Assembly (NCBI GenBank): GCA_010909165.1 | Contig: MU008209.1 | Span: 1 to 64,000, forward strand | Source of the DNA: Anthoceros angustus | Lineage: Eukaryota > Plantae > Anthocerotophyta | DNA: 64,000 bases | Direction: 5' to 3' | Shown: piece after piece, positions 34,490-48,000 of the stretch | Layout of the letters: each line of letters starts with the position of its first letter | Position numbering within the stretch: position 1 is the first letter of the stretch | Position numbers and translations under genes: made by a program | Notes under the pieces: generated by a model | Database searches by the model: none | What the model saw: the letters and a program-made list of their open reading frames with translations, nothing else | What the model was told of the DNA's origin: nothing

Positions 34490-37400
34490 GCATCTATTAG
34501 CTACCCAACCGGGCTAGGAATGAATGGAAGATTGTGGAAGAATGGTTCCCCATCTCAACATTGATCCGCCCTACGAGACGCTTAAGCATGCGGTTGGGGA
34601 ACGCCACATTTAAGCACTGCTGAGGCGGATCAATCGGATGGGGAACTATTCTTCCACAATCTTTCTTTCATTCCCGGTAGTAACTATTACATTTCTTAAA
34701 TGTCTTAGATTAGAGTCGAAATCGCTCTAGCCGTATGTCACCCCAATTTACGGGCGAGCGCAGAAGGCACGGCGTGGCGGCTAGAAGATGCTGCACATGG
34801 ACAATCGGATGGCAAGGCACATCGTCGATCAACCGTTAGATTGTGGGCATGGAACCTGGCCCATCAAAGTCAACACTGATGCTATTAGCTTTGAAACGAA
34901 ACAGCAGTGACCAGACCAACCAGCAAGTACTCGATGAACAGCAAAACACAGGTGTACTCAGCCATGCTCTGCAGACCTTATTACATTCAACGTCATGCGA
35001 TTCTTATAGTGATCATAGCACATTTATCAAGTGCCTATTAATTAGAAAGGTAACGCAGAGCCTATGTCTTCAAGGTCCCTAGGTGTTGACTGCGAAGGGC
35101 AAGTTGCATTTCTCGGCGTAAGGCATCTAGCTTCAACAGCTCTATTTATGCAATAATGTCACGATTGATTGTTACCTCCTTTTGGTCACCATCAAGATCG
35201 AGTGTGTCAGAAGCTTGTGACGATTTACGATTGCGCAACGCGTTCACTTTTGTAGCTCTCAATTTCTCCACTCCTGGAGGACATCGTCTTTCTCGAGATG
35301 GGAGGAGCTATCTCCTCTCTTAGATACGTCAATAGCTCGATACAAAGTATGGCTCCACGAAGAGGCATCTGCTGCAAAGGGAATTGGAGCGATCTTGCAA
35401 TCCAGTTGTCTAGCTGGAGATTTGCGATCCTACTAGTTTCAAGTTCTCTTTGTTAGGGTGGTTCTTCATATCCTAGGCCAAATGGACACACATTTATAAG
35501 AACGCCGTGATTAAGCATCCTGAGCTTGGATCGGTACTCTTAGATGGGGTGCCTATAGGGAGTGGATGCCCTTGGTGCAAGTAGCTTAGGCATACCATCG
35601 TACAAGTTGTTAAGTACCAAGTCCCATGACGGAAATCCGTCCTTAGTGGACTTAAATAAAATTCTTCTTCTTCTTCTATGACTCATGTCGTTTAGAAACG
35701 GGAAATCCGTCCTTAGTGGACTTAAATAAAATTCTTCTTCTTCTTCTATGACTCATATCGTTTAGAAACGTAGGCTCCTTGGTGAAGGATACAAACTTGG
35801 TTGCTTCTGCACACTTGGTCCAATGGGACAAGCTAGCGCTGATTCTCCTCCGTGGGATTGGCTGTTGTCGGAATTGATACGTCGCGCCCAGACTAGCTCC
35901 CAGCATGCCAAGTCCACGTTGAGCCCTTGATGGTTAGGAGCCCTCCTCCCTCAACGGTCCGCAGCAGCTAGGGAAGTAATCTTAAGTGTATTTCTCTATA
36001 GCACTCAGCCCATGATGATCCAATGCAAAGTCTGCACCAGCCATCTTTTCTTGAGCACTCAGCCCATGATGATCCAATGCAAAGTCTGCACCAGCCATCT
36101 TTTCTTGCGGCCCGATCACCTTGTTTCTGTTGAGAGCAATCTCACGAAAACGGCTTAGGGCACCTTCAGAGAGGTTGGGATGAGGTTAGAGATATACAAA
36201 CAGACCAAATCCTCATGTCTTTTATGTTTATAATAAGGGATCTCGCGCTGAAGGCTACACATGAGGGAAGCCAGCGTGGCCATGTAAATTGGGACGATGT
36301 GGTTACTCAAACCATCGAGAAACGTGCGTTGGCAGGACAACAAAGACAAATGCGCGTTCCGAGTAGTTTTCCATTTGACCGGCCAGTGGACATTCAACCT
36401 TGGAGAACCCACACAGCTGACAACCAACTCCGAAAGTATAATACCGCGCAGAGCGGTTGAGCAGAAATGGATTGATTTGTCGGGCGCCTTCCTGACGAAC
36501 TGGAGGAACTGGTCACTGTGCCCTTTTTCTCTTTCCATACTTTGGAAGAAATACACAAGCTTGCCGCGCCACTGTTCACGGATGATGATGCTTCGATGGT
36601 TCAAAATTCACAGCTGGTGGAATTGAAGCATCTTCTCTGGAGATGTGTTGAACGAACTGGCCAGCAGGATTGGGCCAAGGCTTCTAACCCTGCTGCTTTG
36701 AAGGATATTCGAAGGTGGCTTCAGCAACTTATGTTTGACGGGATGCAGGATATTTTTCACGTTCGCTTGTTGGGGATTGACGCTGACGGAGATGGCAGTG
36801 GGGACCTCCCACGGTGATCTCTTCTCTGGAGGATTTCGAGAGGATGAAGAAACGGCTCTCAAGCGGATGGATAGGGTGTGGGCTAAGTGGGATTACCCCC
36901 AGGGTCCCATTTCCCGACTCTGATTACCTGGAGGCTCAGCTGGTCAGCATTTCTTCGTGGGGCTGCTGCTTGACTGTCGTTCTGAGCTTTGAAGCTGAAG
37001 GAAGTCATCACGGATACACGGAGAAGAGCTCGAGATGACCTCTCTACTTTAGATATGCATTTGTGGCTCATAGAGCAGTTCACTGCTGTGCATTTTGTTT
37101 TACCTGGGGTGGAGACTCGTTGGAAGGCTTCCTTGGCCAGGATTTACACGATATAGGTGAGCAGGTGGCTGCCGGGACCCCTGATTTGCGTTGGCCAGGA
37201 GATTTTTGAATTGGGGTGCAGGTTCGTTTGGGCCTCAAGCATGGGTCTTTAACTCCCGAGCAGGTGAACTCATTCAAGACCAATCTGCAGGACTGTGTTC
37301 GCCGTGCTGAACAGGTGTAGGGGCACAGCTCCAAGTCCGTTATATCCTGGAGTCAGGTGTTATGGTTGAAGGAGATGCAGTAATCGCTGTACCCATGGCT

Positions 37401-40400
37401 GCTTGCTCTTTCTTGTCTCTTTGTTTGCCTTCGGTTTCCACGCATGATTTCGGGTCTTGCCACCCCATATTTATGTAGAGACTTGACATGGAAATCAAGG
37501 AATTCCTTGAGTAGAGCAGAGTGACACAACCCAATATACAAGAGGTATGTACTTGATCCCATCAAACAATAGACCCTGACCAGAAAGTGTGTGATTAATC
37601 CCGCAAAGTGAAAAGCCTTGCACTCTAAGTCTCCTGAAGCTAATTTGTCCCTGAATAGCAGCAGTGAATGCAATGAACCTGGGTCATTTAGAGAATGCGA
37701 TGGCGATGTAAGAGGTAGAGAGATACATCCCTCTTGTACATGTTCATTACAATGCTTCGCCAACATACGGTTGGGACTTGCATCGCTCTACTGAAAGTGC
37801 ATTTCAACAGTTGCTCACGACATGCACCAGTTTGCAGACGGCTAGCCGGCATTTTGCAGACAGCCAGCCCTGGGTCTAGACAGCAGGGTAGGCGGACTCA
37901 TGTGCAGATCCTTGAAAGAGGGCTCGAGGCTGACATCCTGATTGGCCACACCTTGGTGTACATGTATGCTGAGTTGAGCACGGTGGAGGCACAGTGTGTG
38001 TTTGACCGGTTTCTGGATAGAGAGTTGCAATATGGCCAGCACTGCATGGGTATATATGAATCATCTGATTCTTAGCTATGGCCAGCAAGAGAGAGTGCCA
38101 AATGGCCATTTCCTATTTTGAGGAGATGAAACAACGTGGAGGTGAACCTGATGTGAAGACTTTCACATCGATATCCCTACGCGGCCTGCAGTCATGTGGG
38201 CTTGCGATTGGATCGGAATGCAGCTCGGCAGTATGTTAAAGCAACGACGTGAACTCAACAGGCTACTAGCTATGTGCTCATATCCAATATTTATTCACAT
38301 AGTGGCAGCTGGGAGGAAGCAAACATAATACACCATATGAGAAAATCTGTTGGTGCAAAGGCAATCAATCTTTCAGCCCGGTTGGGCAAACAATCTTTCA
38401 GCCCGGTTGGGCCAATAACAATCTTCAGCCCGGTTGGGCGAATAACAATCTTCAGCTCAATTGGGCAAATAACAATCTTTCAGCCCGGTTGGGCCAATAA
38501 CAATCTTCAGCCCGGTTGGGCCAATAACAATCTTCAGCTCAGTTGGGCAAATAACAATCTTTCAGCCCGGTTGGGCAAATAACAATCTTCAGCCCGGTTG
38601 GGCGAATAACAATCTTCAGCCCGGTTGGGCAAGTTTGTTTGAAGTCCTAAATTAGAGTCGAAATCACCCCAGTTCACCTGGGCACGCTGGTGTTCCCCTT
38701 GTGGGATTTTTATGATGCAACGGCGATCACCAAAACAGCCAGATTCGTCTACTTTCCTAACAGGAAGAGGTTTTTAATGAGTCCTAGTACAAGGAGGACA
38801 TCATAGATGTGTAAGGTGGATTCTTGTTTTAAACTGAGTTGGACTGATCCGTGTCCTTGTATAGTGTGTTTTGAGTCGTCACCTAGACTCACGTACTAAG
38901 GTGGATTTGTTGGGCTGATGTCTGTGAAGTATGCAAGGTGAGGGGTCATGTGTTGTGATGCCCCCAGAATCGATGTATCAGTCATGGTGGCCCCGAGCTG
39001 ACAAGCAGGAGGCTATGATGCAGGCTGATTGGAAGATGGAGGTGAGGGCTGCTGCTGATGAAGTTGTGTGGAGTATGCCTTGACATGCCTTGTCATAGTT
39101 AGGGCTAACCGCCTTGTGGGTCTCCGTGATAGGTTGTTTACTGCCAGCCGGAGGTGAGGGCTGCTGCTGATGAAGTTGTGTGGAGTATGCCTTGACATGC
39201 CTTGTCATAGTTAGGGCTAACCGCCTTGTGGGTCTCCGTGATAGGTTGTTTGCTGCCAGCCGCTTTCTGCATTCCTCATACGTGTGGCCAGGGATTTTAG
39301 AGTATCCGCACACGGGCTTCCAAGATGGGTTGTATTGACCTCTGCCTCTGGCCGGGAAGGTGCCTTAGCCTCTTTGAAATTGTCCACGTGTGTGTCCTCG
39401 CTATGAACCTTCTGCTGGTGAGGTATGCCCTTGAGGATGCTTCCCCTGCGAAGGGTATCGAGGAGTTTCCTTCTGGCCTCCTCAGTCAGCATTGCACTGA
39501 TGACCTTATTAACCGCGAGAATTTTAACCCCTTGCAAGGATTGTATTACAACTCACCTAGGATTCTGGCAGGGTGGAGAATAAGAGGGCTGCTGAGAGGT
39601 CCTCTCTCTCTGTGGCTTGGAATTTACTTGTCCAGCTCCTAAAGTTCATGGTATGATGATATACCCGATCACCTTCGAGTTCATTGTATGATGATGTACG
39701 TGGTCTCCTTCGCTCATTCGCAGCCCGAAGAAGTTTTTAATTGTGTGCACCGTGTGCATTATGTATGTAGATGCATATATGTTGTGGAGTTGCTTCCAGG
39801 CATCGGTGGTTGAGTCTATCTCCTCGATCTGCTGTACATTGTCTTTTCGCATAGATTATATGATGACGTTTTTGGCTTGTTGGTTCCCACTCGTCCTCTT
39901 ATTGCTGAGTGGTGTTTTGGCCGGGTCTAGATATGAGAATTGGTGGAGTGCCAAGTGAACCCGAAGCAAGATGTGTAGCCCCTAATCATGGTGAATTGGA
40001 AGTTATGGAACAGCTGCTTGTCGTGGTCCCCTTCGCCCATTCGCAGCCCGAAGAAGTTTTTAATTGTGTGCACCATATGCATTATGTATGTAGATGCATA
40101 TATGTCATGGAGTTGCTTCCAGGCATCGGTGGTTGAGTCTATCTCCTCGATCTGCTGTACATTGTCTTTTCGCATAGATTGTATGTTTTTGGCTTGTTAG
40201 TTCCACTCCTCCTTTTATTGCTGAATGGTGTTTTGGCCGGGTCTAGGTATGAGAACTGGTGGAGTGCCATGTGAACCCGAAGCAAGATGTGTAGCCCCTA
40301 ATCATGGTGAATTGGAAGTCATGGAACAGCTGCTTGGATGTAGACCTAAACATAGTCATTAGGATCTAGGTATCCTCTGAATTTTAATTCTTCCCCTCTC

Positions 40401-42650
40401 AATAACAGCACCGAACATGTACGTATCCAACCATAATGCAACAGATCTTCGCCGGCTTCCTTCAAGTGAGTCAGTTCTCTATGATTCCTTGAAAATTCCA
40501 ATTGAGAAGCGGCCCTATTGGCCTTGGCGAGGAGACGTCTTCTTCTCTGACTACCTAGCATGGCGCCTTGGCATGTGGTTGTCATGTTGCTGGATGTGGA
40601 TTAAGATCAAAGCTGGTGCTCTAATACCATGTAAATAAGCGAGAATTTTCGTAGATTATGTTTTTCGCTCTCAATGACTGTTGAGGCACAGCCACGTGTT
40701 TGTGAAACGTTGCGTCCGAGACCTAATCGTTCGGCGTATTAACGTTTGGTAGTACTAGAGTTATTAGCTTAACATCAATCCTAGTCAAGCTAATCAGGAC
40801 GAGGATAATCCGTATCAGGATAATCTTGAAGACGATGTGAATCCAACAACGTTGGTGAAGGACATTGTTAGAGCTTGAGGTCAATAGTGCCCCTTTCCAT
40901 ATATCTTCAATGGATCCCGTTCCTGTTGTCAAGAGTCCTTCCCTATCAGCATGGAACAGGTGCGCCCACCTCGGATGGAGCAGCATAAGATGGTGAGCGA
41001 AAGAATTTCTAGTAGCCTGATGAGCAGGACAGTGGTGGTAAGTGCTTCAATTCCTGGCCATATTGCACTTGAAGACGCATCATCAATTCGGCATCCTATG
41101 AGCATGATTCGGTCCTTCACCACCTTCACTGGCATCCAATTGTTTCATATGTTCCAGGTTTAACTTCACCTTGTTCCGTCTCCTTGAAGTATCAGCATCA
41201 TGTGGGCTTGGTGAATGTAGCTCGCGATCGGCAGTATTTCAAAGCAATGACAGAAACATCATGGAATTACCCCCTCTGTTAAGCTCCCCATGCAGGCTAC
41301 TTGTACGATGCAGTCAGAACGTTTTCTGCGAAGCATGCCCGCGGTTAGGCATGCATGACGCAGTGGCTTGCGAACTACGAGCAGAAAGCATGGGAACTTG
41401 GAGCAACATGAACCTCAACTGGCTGCTACCTATGTGCTCATGTATGCAGATGCAGCTATGCATGTCCAACATGTATACAGATGCTGGCAGGTGGAAGGAA
41501 GCAAACATGGCAGACCATATGAGGAAATCTGCTGGTGCTCAAAACAAGGCTGCATGGTCAGGACTGGCTTTCAACCAAGTTCAGCGGTGTTACACATATG
41601 AACATCAGGTCGACGACAAGTGGCTTCTTTCTCTGAAAAATGCTTTGCTCCTGCTGGAAGAGAAGATGAAGTCTTCTCCTTTGTCCTTGATCTGGCGGTC
41701 AAGATAGGTGCTCTTATTTTCCAGGGGTTTTTTGGTTGGTCGCTGTCTCTCGTGGAGCTGGCCACTTTCAGAAGCCTTCTTCGGCAGTGTGTCTGTGTTG
41801 CTGGGCAGAAGGAAGGGGCCAGTGCCCCGTTTTTGTCTGCCCTGGATGCCGTGCGCACTTGGCTGGGGAAACTCGGCTGATTTTCGTTAGTTAAGGGTCG
41901 CGGCTTACTGCTGGCTGCTAGCGAGTAAACATGAAGGAATGCGGAAAGAGAGCTCGTGCCCACGTCTTGGCCATACTGCCTCCTGTGCTGCACACGTGAC
42001 AAATACCCGTGACAGCATAGGATTTTTCATCATAAAAAATATAAAACACATCAAGGTTGCTCATCTCCTTTTATGCTCAAGTTATGGTCATAGGATGGCG
42101 AGTTCCGTGGACACATAATACCACATATTTATTAGGACTTTAAGATAAAATCCATGTGCGAAAAATGGGACAAGGAAGTTACAAATTCTATGTATGCCTA
42201 TGTATGGAATATGATTGGTACCTTTTGCGGCTATTCATATGTCTCCTCAATTGCATCTAGTCTCAAAGTCATAAAAATATGTAGGTAGTAAGGATGTATC
42301 CAAGGATTCTCCATTGCATGAGTATTACTTGCAAACAATTCATTTCTTTCGTCAGTACAACCAATTCTTATCAGCCCCACGATGCCAATCAGTGGCATCA
42401 ATAGTACCATTAGCAGCATCCATCAATAGTGCCATTAGCAGCATCCATCAATAATGTTATTAGCAACATCAAGTAATGATATTAGCACCATCATAATTAT
42501 CAACACCATCGATACCATGTCAGCAATCATAGCTAGGCATCATCGTAGCCACTATGTTAGGTAAAATATAAAGAGTATTAAAGAAAGCTTCAAGAAGAAG
42601 AGAGTATAACTACACTTCAAACTATGTACCTACCTAATATATAAACTTAA
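34490..42650. repeat. Right arm of outer inverted duplication, containing an extra ~1.26-kb segment at 40752-42010
   Basis: Reverse complement of 3590-10105. It includes the hairpin (34490-34690), the 27-bp array (38367-38635), and Copia gag (duplicated at 39640-40330) with a zinc-knuckle remnant CGYSKIPGHTYEEC. Confidence 0.9.
40770..41620 (+). pseudogene. Fragment of AT-hook gene 3' region followed by a PPR E-domain remnant
   Basis: QDEDNPYQDNLED and MEQVRPPRMEQH match paralogs A/B. SNMYTDAGRWKEANMADHMRKS matches a PPR E domain. Confidence 0.65.
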
Positions 42651-42696
42651 GGTCTATCATTTCCTAGGGTTAAGTCCCCCAGGTTCCCTACCCCGT

Positions 42697-42805
42697 TCGG
42701 CTTCTACGACCGCTTGCTCCACTCCCCAATCCACAACCCCACTCGGCTTCTACGACTGCTCGCTCCACTCCCCAATCCACAACCCCACACTCGTTCAGCT
42801 ACCGC
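42697..42805. repeat. ~45-bp tandem repeat, about 2 units
   Basis: GCTCCACTCCCCAATCCACAACCCCAC occurs twice. Confidence 0.8.
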
Positions 42806-43072
42806 CCACTTGGTTGACTCCAAACATATAGACCATCACTCCTACTTATACCAATCCTCTACCTCACATATATAGACCTTTTAGTGGACATCCCATGTCC
42901 ATGGGCCAAGGAACATTGAGTTCCTGGACCCTTTATTATCTAATCTAATAAAACAAAAAAAAACCATAGGCCAAGGACGTTTCTTTTATAAATACCTTTG
43001 CCTACTGTCAACCTGACTTATTTTCACACCACACTTGACCCAAAAACAAAAAAAAACTACTTCAAGCACATT

Positions 43073-43730
43073 TCAACAGGGGTTTCCGAGTCTAAATCGT
43101 TTACAATACTTGTGCACCATATCTATGAATATAGGATTCATAAGTGTCTGAAATGTGGCAGGTGCATTAGTAAGTCCAAATGGCATGACTAAAAATTCAA
43201 AAGATCCATACCTTGTCCTACTTGTTGTTTTGTACTCATGACCCTCTGCGATTCTGATTTGATTGTATCCTGCCATCATAACTAGCTTGGTGAACTACTT
43301 GGCACCCTTCAACCTGTCATACATATCATCCATTCTTGGCAAGGGCTCTGTAATCCAGACACATCCTTAATCATCCATTCTTCTTGCGCGTAAACAATAC
43401 TGGCGCAGGAAAAGGAGATTTAGAGACTTTGATAAACAGGTTCGATAGTTATCGCTTGAGTTCCTATAGCTCATCTTCTGACAACCTATGTGGTGCTCTC
43501 GATGGAGGCGTACTACCTGGCTTCAATTCAATTTCATGATCCACTACTCTGCGAGATGGTAAAGGTGGCAATTCATCAGGTATCAAATCCTTAAAATCAT
43601 AGAAGGTAACTTGTATTTCTTTCGAGATGTCTGTCTTCTCTAAGGATTCTTTCTCAAGACCAACCTGAGTGGTTGCGATGTGACATGTTGCTGAGTTCGA
43701 CTGACTCCTCGCTATCTTGGGTCCCTCCAA
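43073..43730 (-). mobile_element. Ty3/Gypsy reverse transcriptase remnant
   Basis: FYDFKDLIPDELPPLPSRRVVDHEIELKPGSTPPSRAPHRLS and [45 protein letters not shown]. Confidence 0.92.
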
Positions 43731-44131
43731 TGCATGATTGCGCTAATATGTTACGATGCACGATGGGGTTGGGTCCCTTCCAGATTGGATACATCCGACA
43801 AACCTTTGGTTTGATGCTATTGTATAGTGCATTGCACGATAATTTTTTGTTCTTGCTAACAAGATGCCTCCGATTGGTACCATGGCCTTCTTATCATGTC
43901 GTTACGGATAAGCAATTGTGGGTGGCTCACCATGTGTCCGAAGTTAATATTAAATACGTGTGGGGTGTTATATTAACTATCTGACATATATAAATTGTGA
44001 GACAGAGAAAATTGTCCCTGAGGTTTGCATTTATCTTGGCCCCTTGCTCCAAACCCTTCGATTCTCCCTTTTTAGTATACATGGACACATGATTGTTGTT
44101 TGCCGTAACAAAAGTCATTGTAGAAGAGGTC

Positions 44132-44260
44132 ATTTGAAACTCACACGGTCTTCACTTACAAGCTCACAAAATTGTATTTGTACCACCATTACCCATTTGA
44201 AACTCACATGCTCTTCACTTACAAGCTCACAAAATTGTATTTGTACTACCATTACTCACC
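44132..44260. repeat. 63-bp tandem duplication
   Basis: TTTGAAACTCAC...CTTCACTTACAAGCTCACAAAATTGTATTTGTAC occurs twice. Confidence 0.85.
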
Positions 44261-45064
44261 TCGTCCAACATGACTTTGTCATAATGTTATCTTTTAAAGT
44301 AACTATATTTAATATAAATATTTAATATTTATTTTTCTAGTCCTCAAATATGTACCACATGGTACGTACATCCCCTGTGCCACTCCCAACAAGTTGAAGA
44401 TCGTATAGGCATGTTGAAGATCATATAGACATTATCTTGGATAGTGAGAATAAGGAAAAGGTGGGTATATAGTAATGCTATTTATCACGGATGATGCAGG
44501 TAATCGTAACACTAAAAACAAAATGTTCCTTATGAATCAGAACTTCTAACTGCTTGCCTGCCCCACCTCGCTGGAAACGGGGTGTTGCTTTCCAGTTTGT
44601 TTCTCATAGTAAATTCTAAATGTACTATCTAATATAGTAAATAGTAGAGTCGGTAACGCCAATTAATCTGCAAGTGGTATGTACTTGATCCCACCAAACA
44701 AAATAGACCCTGACCAGAAAATGTATGAATCCCGATAAGTGAAAAGCCTTGCACCCTAAGTCTCCTGAAGCTGATTTGTCCCTGAATAGCAGCGCAGCAG
44801 TGAATGCAATGAACCAGGGTCATTACACAATGTGATGGCGATCTAAGAGGTCCTCATTGGTATCTTGAGTGCTGTGATATTGCTCACAAAGGGGGAAATG
44901 AGTAGAGAGATACATACCTCTTGCACATGTTCATGACAATGCCTCGCTAATACACGGTTGAAAATAGGAGTTGCATCGCTTTACTGAAAGTGCGTTCAGT
45001 TTCCCACGACGTACACCGTTTCGCAGACGTGCAGAAATGCTGTCTGGGGGTGCCGTTTATCAGG

Positions 45065-48000
45065 TTATGAAGGAGCCCGAATAGTATCCAAAATATCTTT
45101 CCGTGGGTCCACCCGATTTATCAGAACAAACAGTCTCTCACCCACAGCTGCACTCGCAGCATCCATGTGGCATTGAATCCCAACCTGCATGAGATACTGA
45201 GTTAGGGGCCAAGCTTGCGCCAACATCTCAGAACTTTGAACCTCCAAATTTGACAAGGGACAAGGTAAACCTCAGTCAAAAGCACCACTAGATCTTGATC
45301 TTTCCCTATTCGTAAGACCAGTGCCTCATGCCGGGTGTGCCTCGGCAGTCTTCGTAAAAATTCCAGTGTCCAATACCGTTTGGCAGAACTCTGTAACCTT
45401 TTAGCTTCTCTGATGGCCGTAGTCGACATCACAACTGTTGCTTCTATCTCAGCACCTTTGAGAAGTGGGGCCTCTCCTCTCAATACAGCCTTAATCTGCA
45501 AAGAGTGTTGTTGGGAATTGGCGTCAGGTCTCCAACAGAAGACGCATGCAAAAAAATGGCATTTTCAACGTGAAGGGCTCACCTGATAGTGTGCTATAAG
45601 ATCACCGTATCGACGGATAGGAGATGTCACCTGTACATACCCAGGAAGACCCAGGGACGCATGCGGTAGAGGTTTGTTATAATTCACCTCCGCCCTGCCA
45701 ATGAACCGGAGTAGAGCCATTGCTCGACAGGGCCCCTCAGGCAGACTCTCAATTTCACCCTTTGGGATCTCCCGTGCAGCCTGTCCCCTGTATGGCAAAG
45801 GCAGGCCAAATTTTTCTCCAAAACTTGCAGCAACCTCTCCACAAAGAATCATCATCTCGGTTACCAGCTGATGAGCTGGGAGGGAGTGATCGACCACTCT
45901 GAGGTGAATGACAGGTTCTGGTTTGTGTGCATCTATTACCTTTACATGAGTCTCAGGAAGATCTACATCTACTGAACCCTGCACAAAGTGTATCACGTCA
46001 GTACCAAGCAGACAAGACAGAAATAACTAGTGCAGACTGAGTGACCTCTTGTAGAAATACAAGTATTCAGAGACACGTCCAGCACCTAAATATTAACCTA
46101 CACTGTTCTTCCGCCAATTGTTCCGCATAACAGCTGCTTCTGCCAGCAGATAGAGTTCTTGTTCCTCATCCACACTCAATGAAAGCAGCTCCGTTACACT
46201 CTCATAGGACATTTTGTATGTGGGACATACCACCGAGTTTACCACGTCATAATCTGCAATACTTTTGATGACAACCAGCAATTTATAGATCAAACAGTTC
46301 GCCTGCTCACAATCTTGATGCTCGTCATCACAAGAAAATCAATGGAAGACAATGACAGGAAAATGGATAGTACCTTCCATCCTCTCGGAGAATGATTCTG
46401 AAGGTAAGTGCAGGGCATTCCCTTCCTTGGACAAGACTCATGCAACCGGCAGCGAGATTCATAGGGAACATAGGGATTGTTTCAGTTGGGAGGTAGATTG
46501 AAGTAGATCTGTACCTAGCTTCCCTGCCACACAGAGGCATCAGAGACCAAGCAGGTCACTACACAGCTACTACTTCTATTTTGCCAAAGAACTTAAGCAG
46601 ACCTGGTTAGAGGATGATCATGAGGAAGCCAGCGAGTTGGATCAGCAACATGTATCCAGACCTGGAGTCTGCCATCTGGCAACCTTGTTGCGCTTAACCC
46701 ATCATCTATCTGCAGCACAATATGCAACCTGATGATCCAAAAAAAACAAATTACAACTAGACTCTTTATGCAATGACCAAGAGCAAGAGTGTGCACCTCA
46801 ACTGTGTCCTCAGAGTCAATGGTGTAGACTTTCAGGTGCCGCAAATCCACTCGCTTGGCCTGTAAAAGGCAATAGTTTTCAACTGCTTGTTCATTGCAAG
46901 ATGTTTAGTTTTCTGAAGTCATGTGCCACAGACCTTATACTACACCAGTAAGAACCAATCCATCATTCCAGTTTCAAAGACAACTTTCAGAGGAAGCCAT
47001 ACATTCTACTTACCACATCTTGGTCGGGACAGTCCTCCTCTGCGATCAAATCAGCAGCTGCAACAAGCTGGTCCGAGAATTTCACTCGAGTAGGTCCTTT
47101 GAGGAGCTCAAGATTCACATGCACAGGGAAGATACCCATGCCTACAAGCAAATCAACAGCAGATGCAGGTGTTCGAGACAATCCTACAGCTCCCAGAACC
47201 TGACATACATATTCCCCAAGAATCAGCCTTCGAGACATTCAGGTAAAGGATCTGCATGTCCATGGAATGCGCAAACAAATGGATACCGGCAAGGAAACAC
47301 ATTGCACAAAAGTGTTAGGTTACCTCCTCTGCTATTTTCTTTTGGGCGCCTGAAAGCGTACTGCTCTGTAGAGCAAAGGACTTTAGAGCTTCGTTGTATG
47401 TCTGGCATCCTTGGTTTGAACTCCATTTTGCAGGTACCATTTTGCAGTCCAGAGGTTGTTCCAAGACAGCCTTGATTGATGTTACGTGCTCCATGAACTG
47501 ACGGTGGTGAGCTTCTTCTGCAAGTTTCTGCTCCAGTAGCTGACTCACCTGTCATTGCAAGATTTATCGACTTCAGCACAGGAAGGACACACAGGAAGGG
47601 CACATCCCGTGGACGGCAAGGAAAGAAAACACAACAAAGTAATGTGACCTGGTTGGACGCCAAAGGAGATCAATGGCTTACATTTTTCTAGTCTACATCT
47701 TATATGCAGATAAAAGATGGCCACACCTCTGAGGAAGACCGAGGCTCATAGAGAGACAAAAAGCCTTTCTGCTTGCACCGGAAGAAAACTTGACTTGATG
47801 ATAACATGCGGTGGGCTGCATAGCATTCTGCTGGGTTTGCTCCAACATAGAGAATCTGTCGAGTGCACAAAGAAATCAATCAGAGTCTAGCAGTAGGATA
47901 CAGAGACAAGACCATAATCCAGCGTAGAAACTCACCAGGGCAAGGTCTTTTGCCGAAATCGTGGTTTGTCGGGCTAAGATTTCCTCCCATGCAACCTCCA

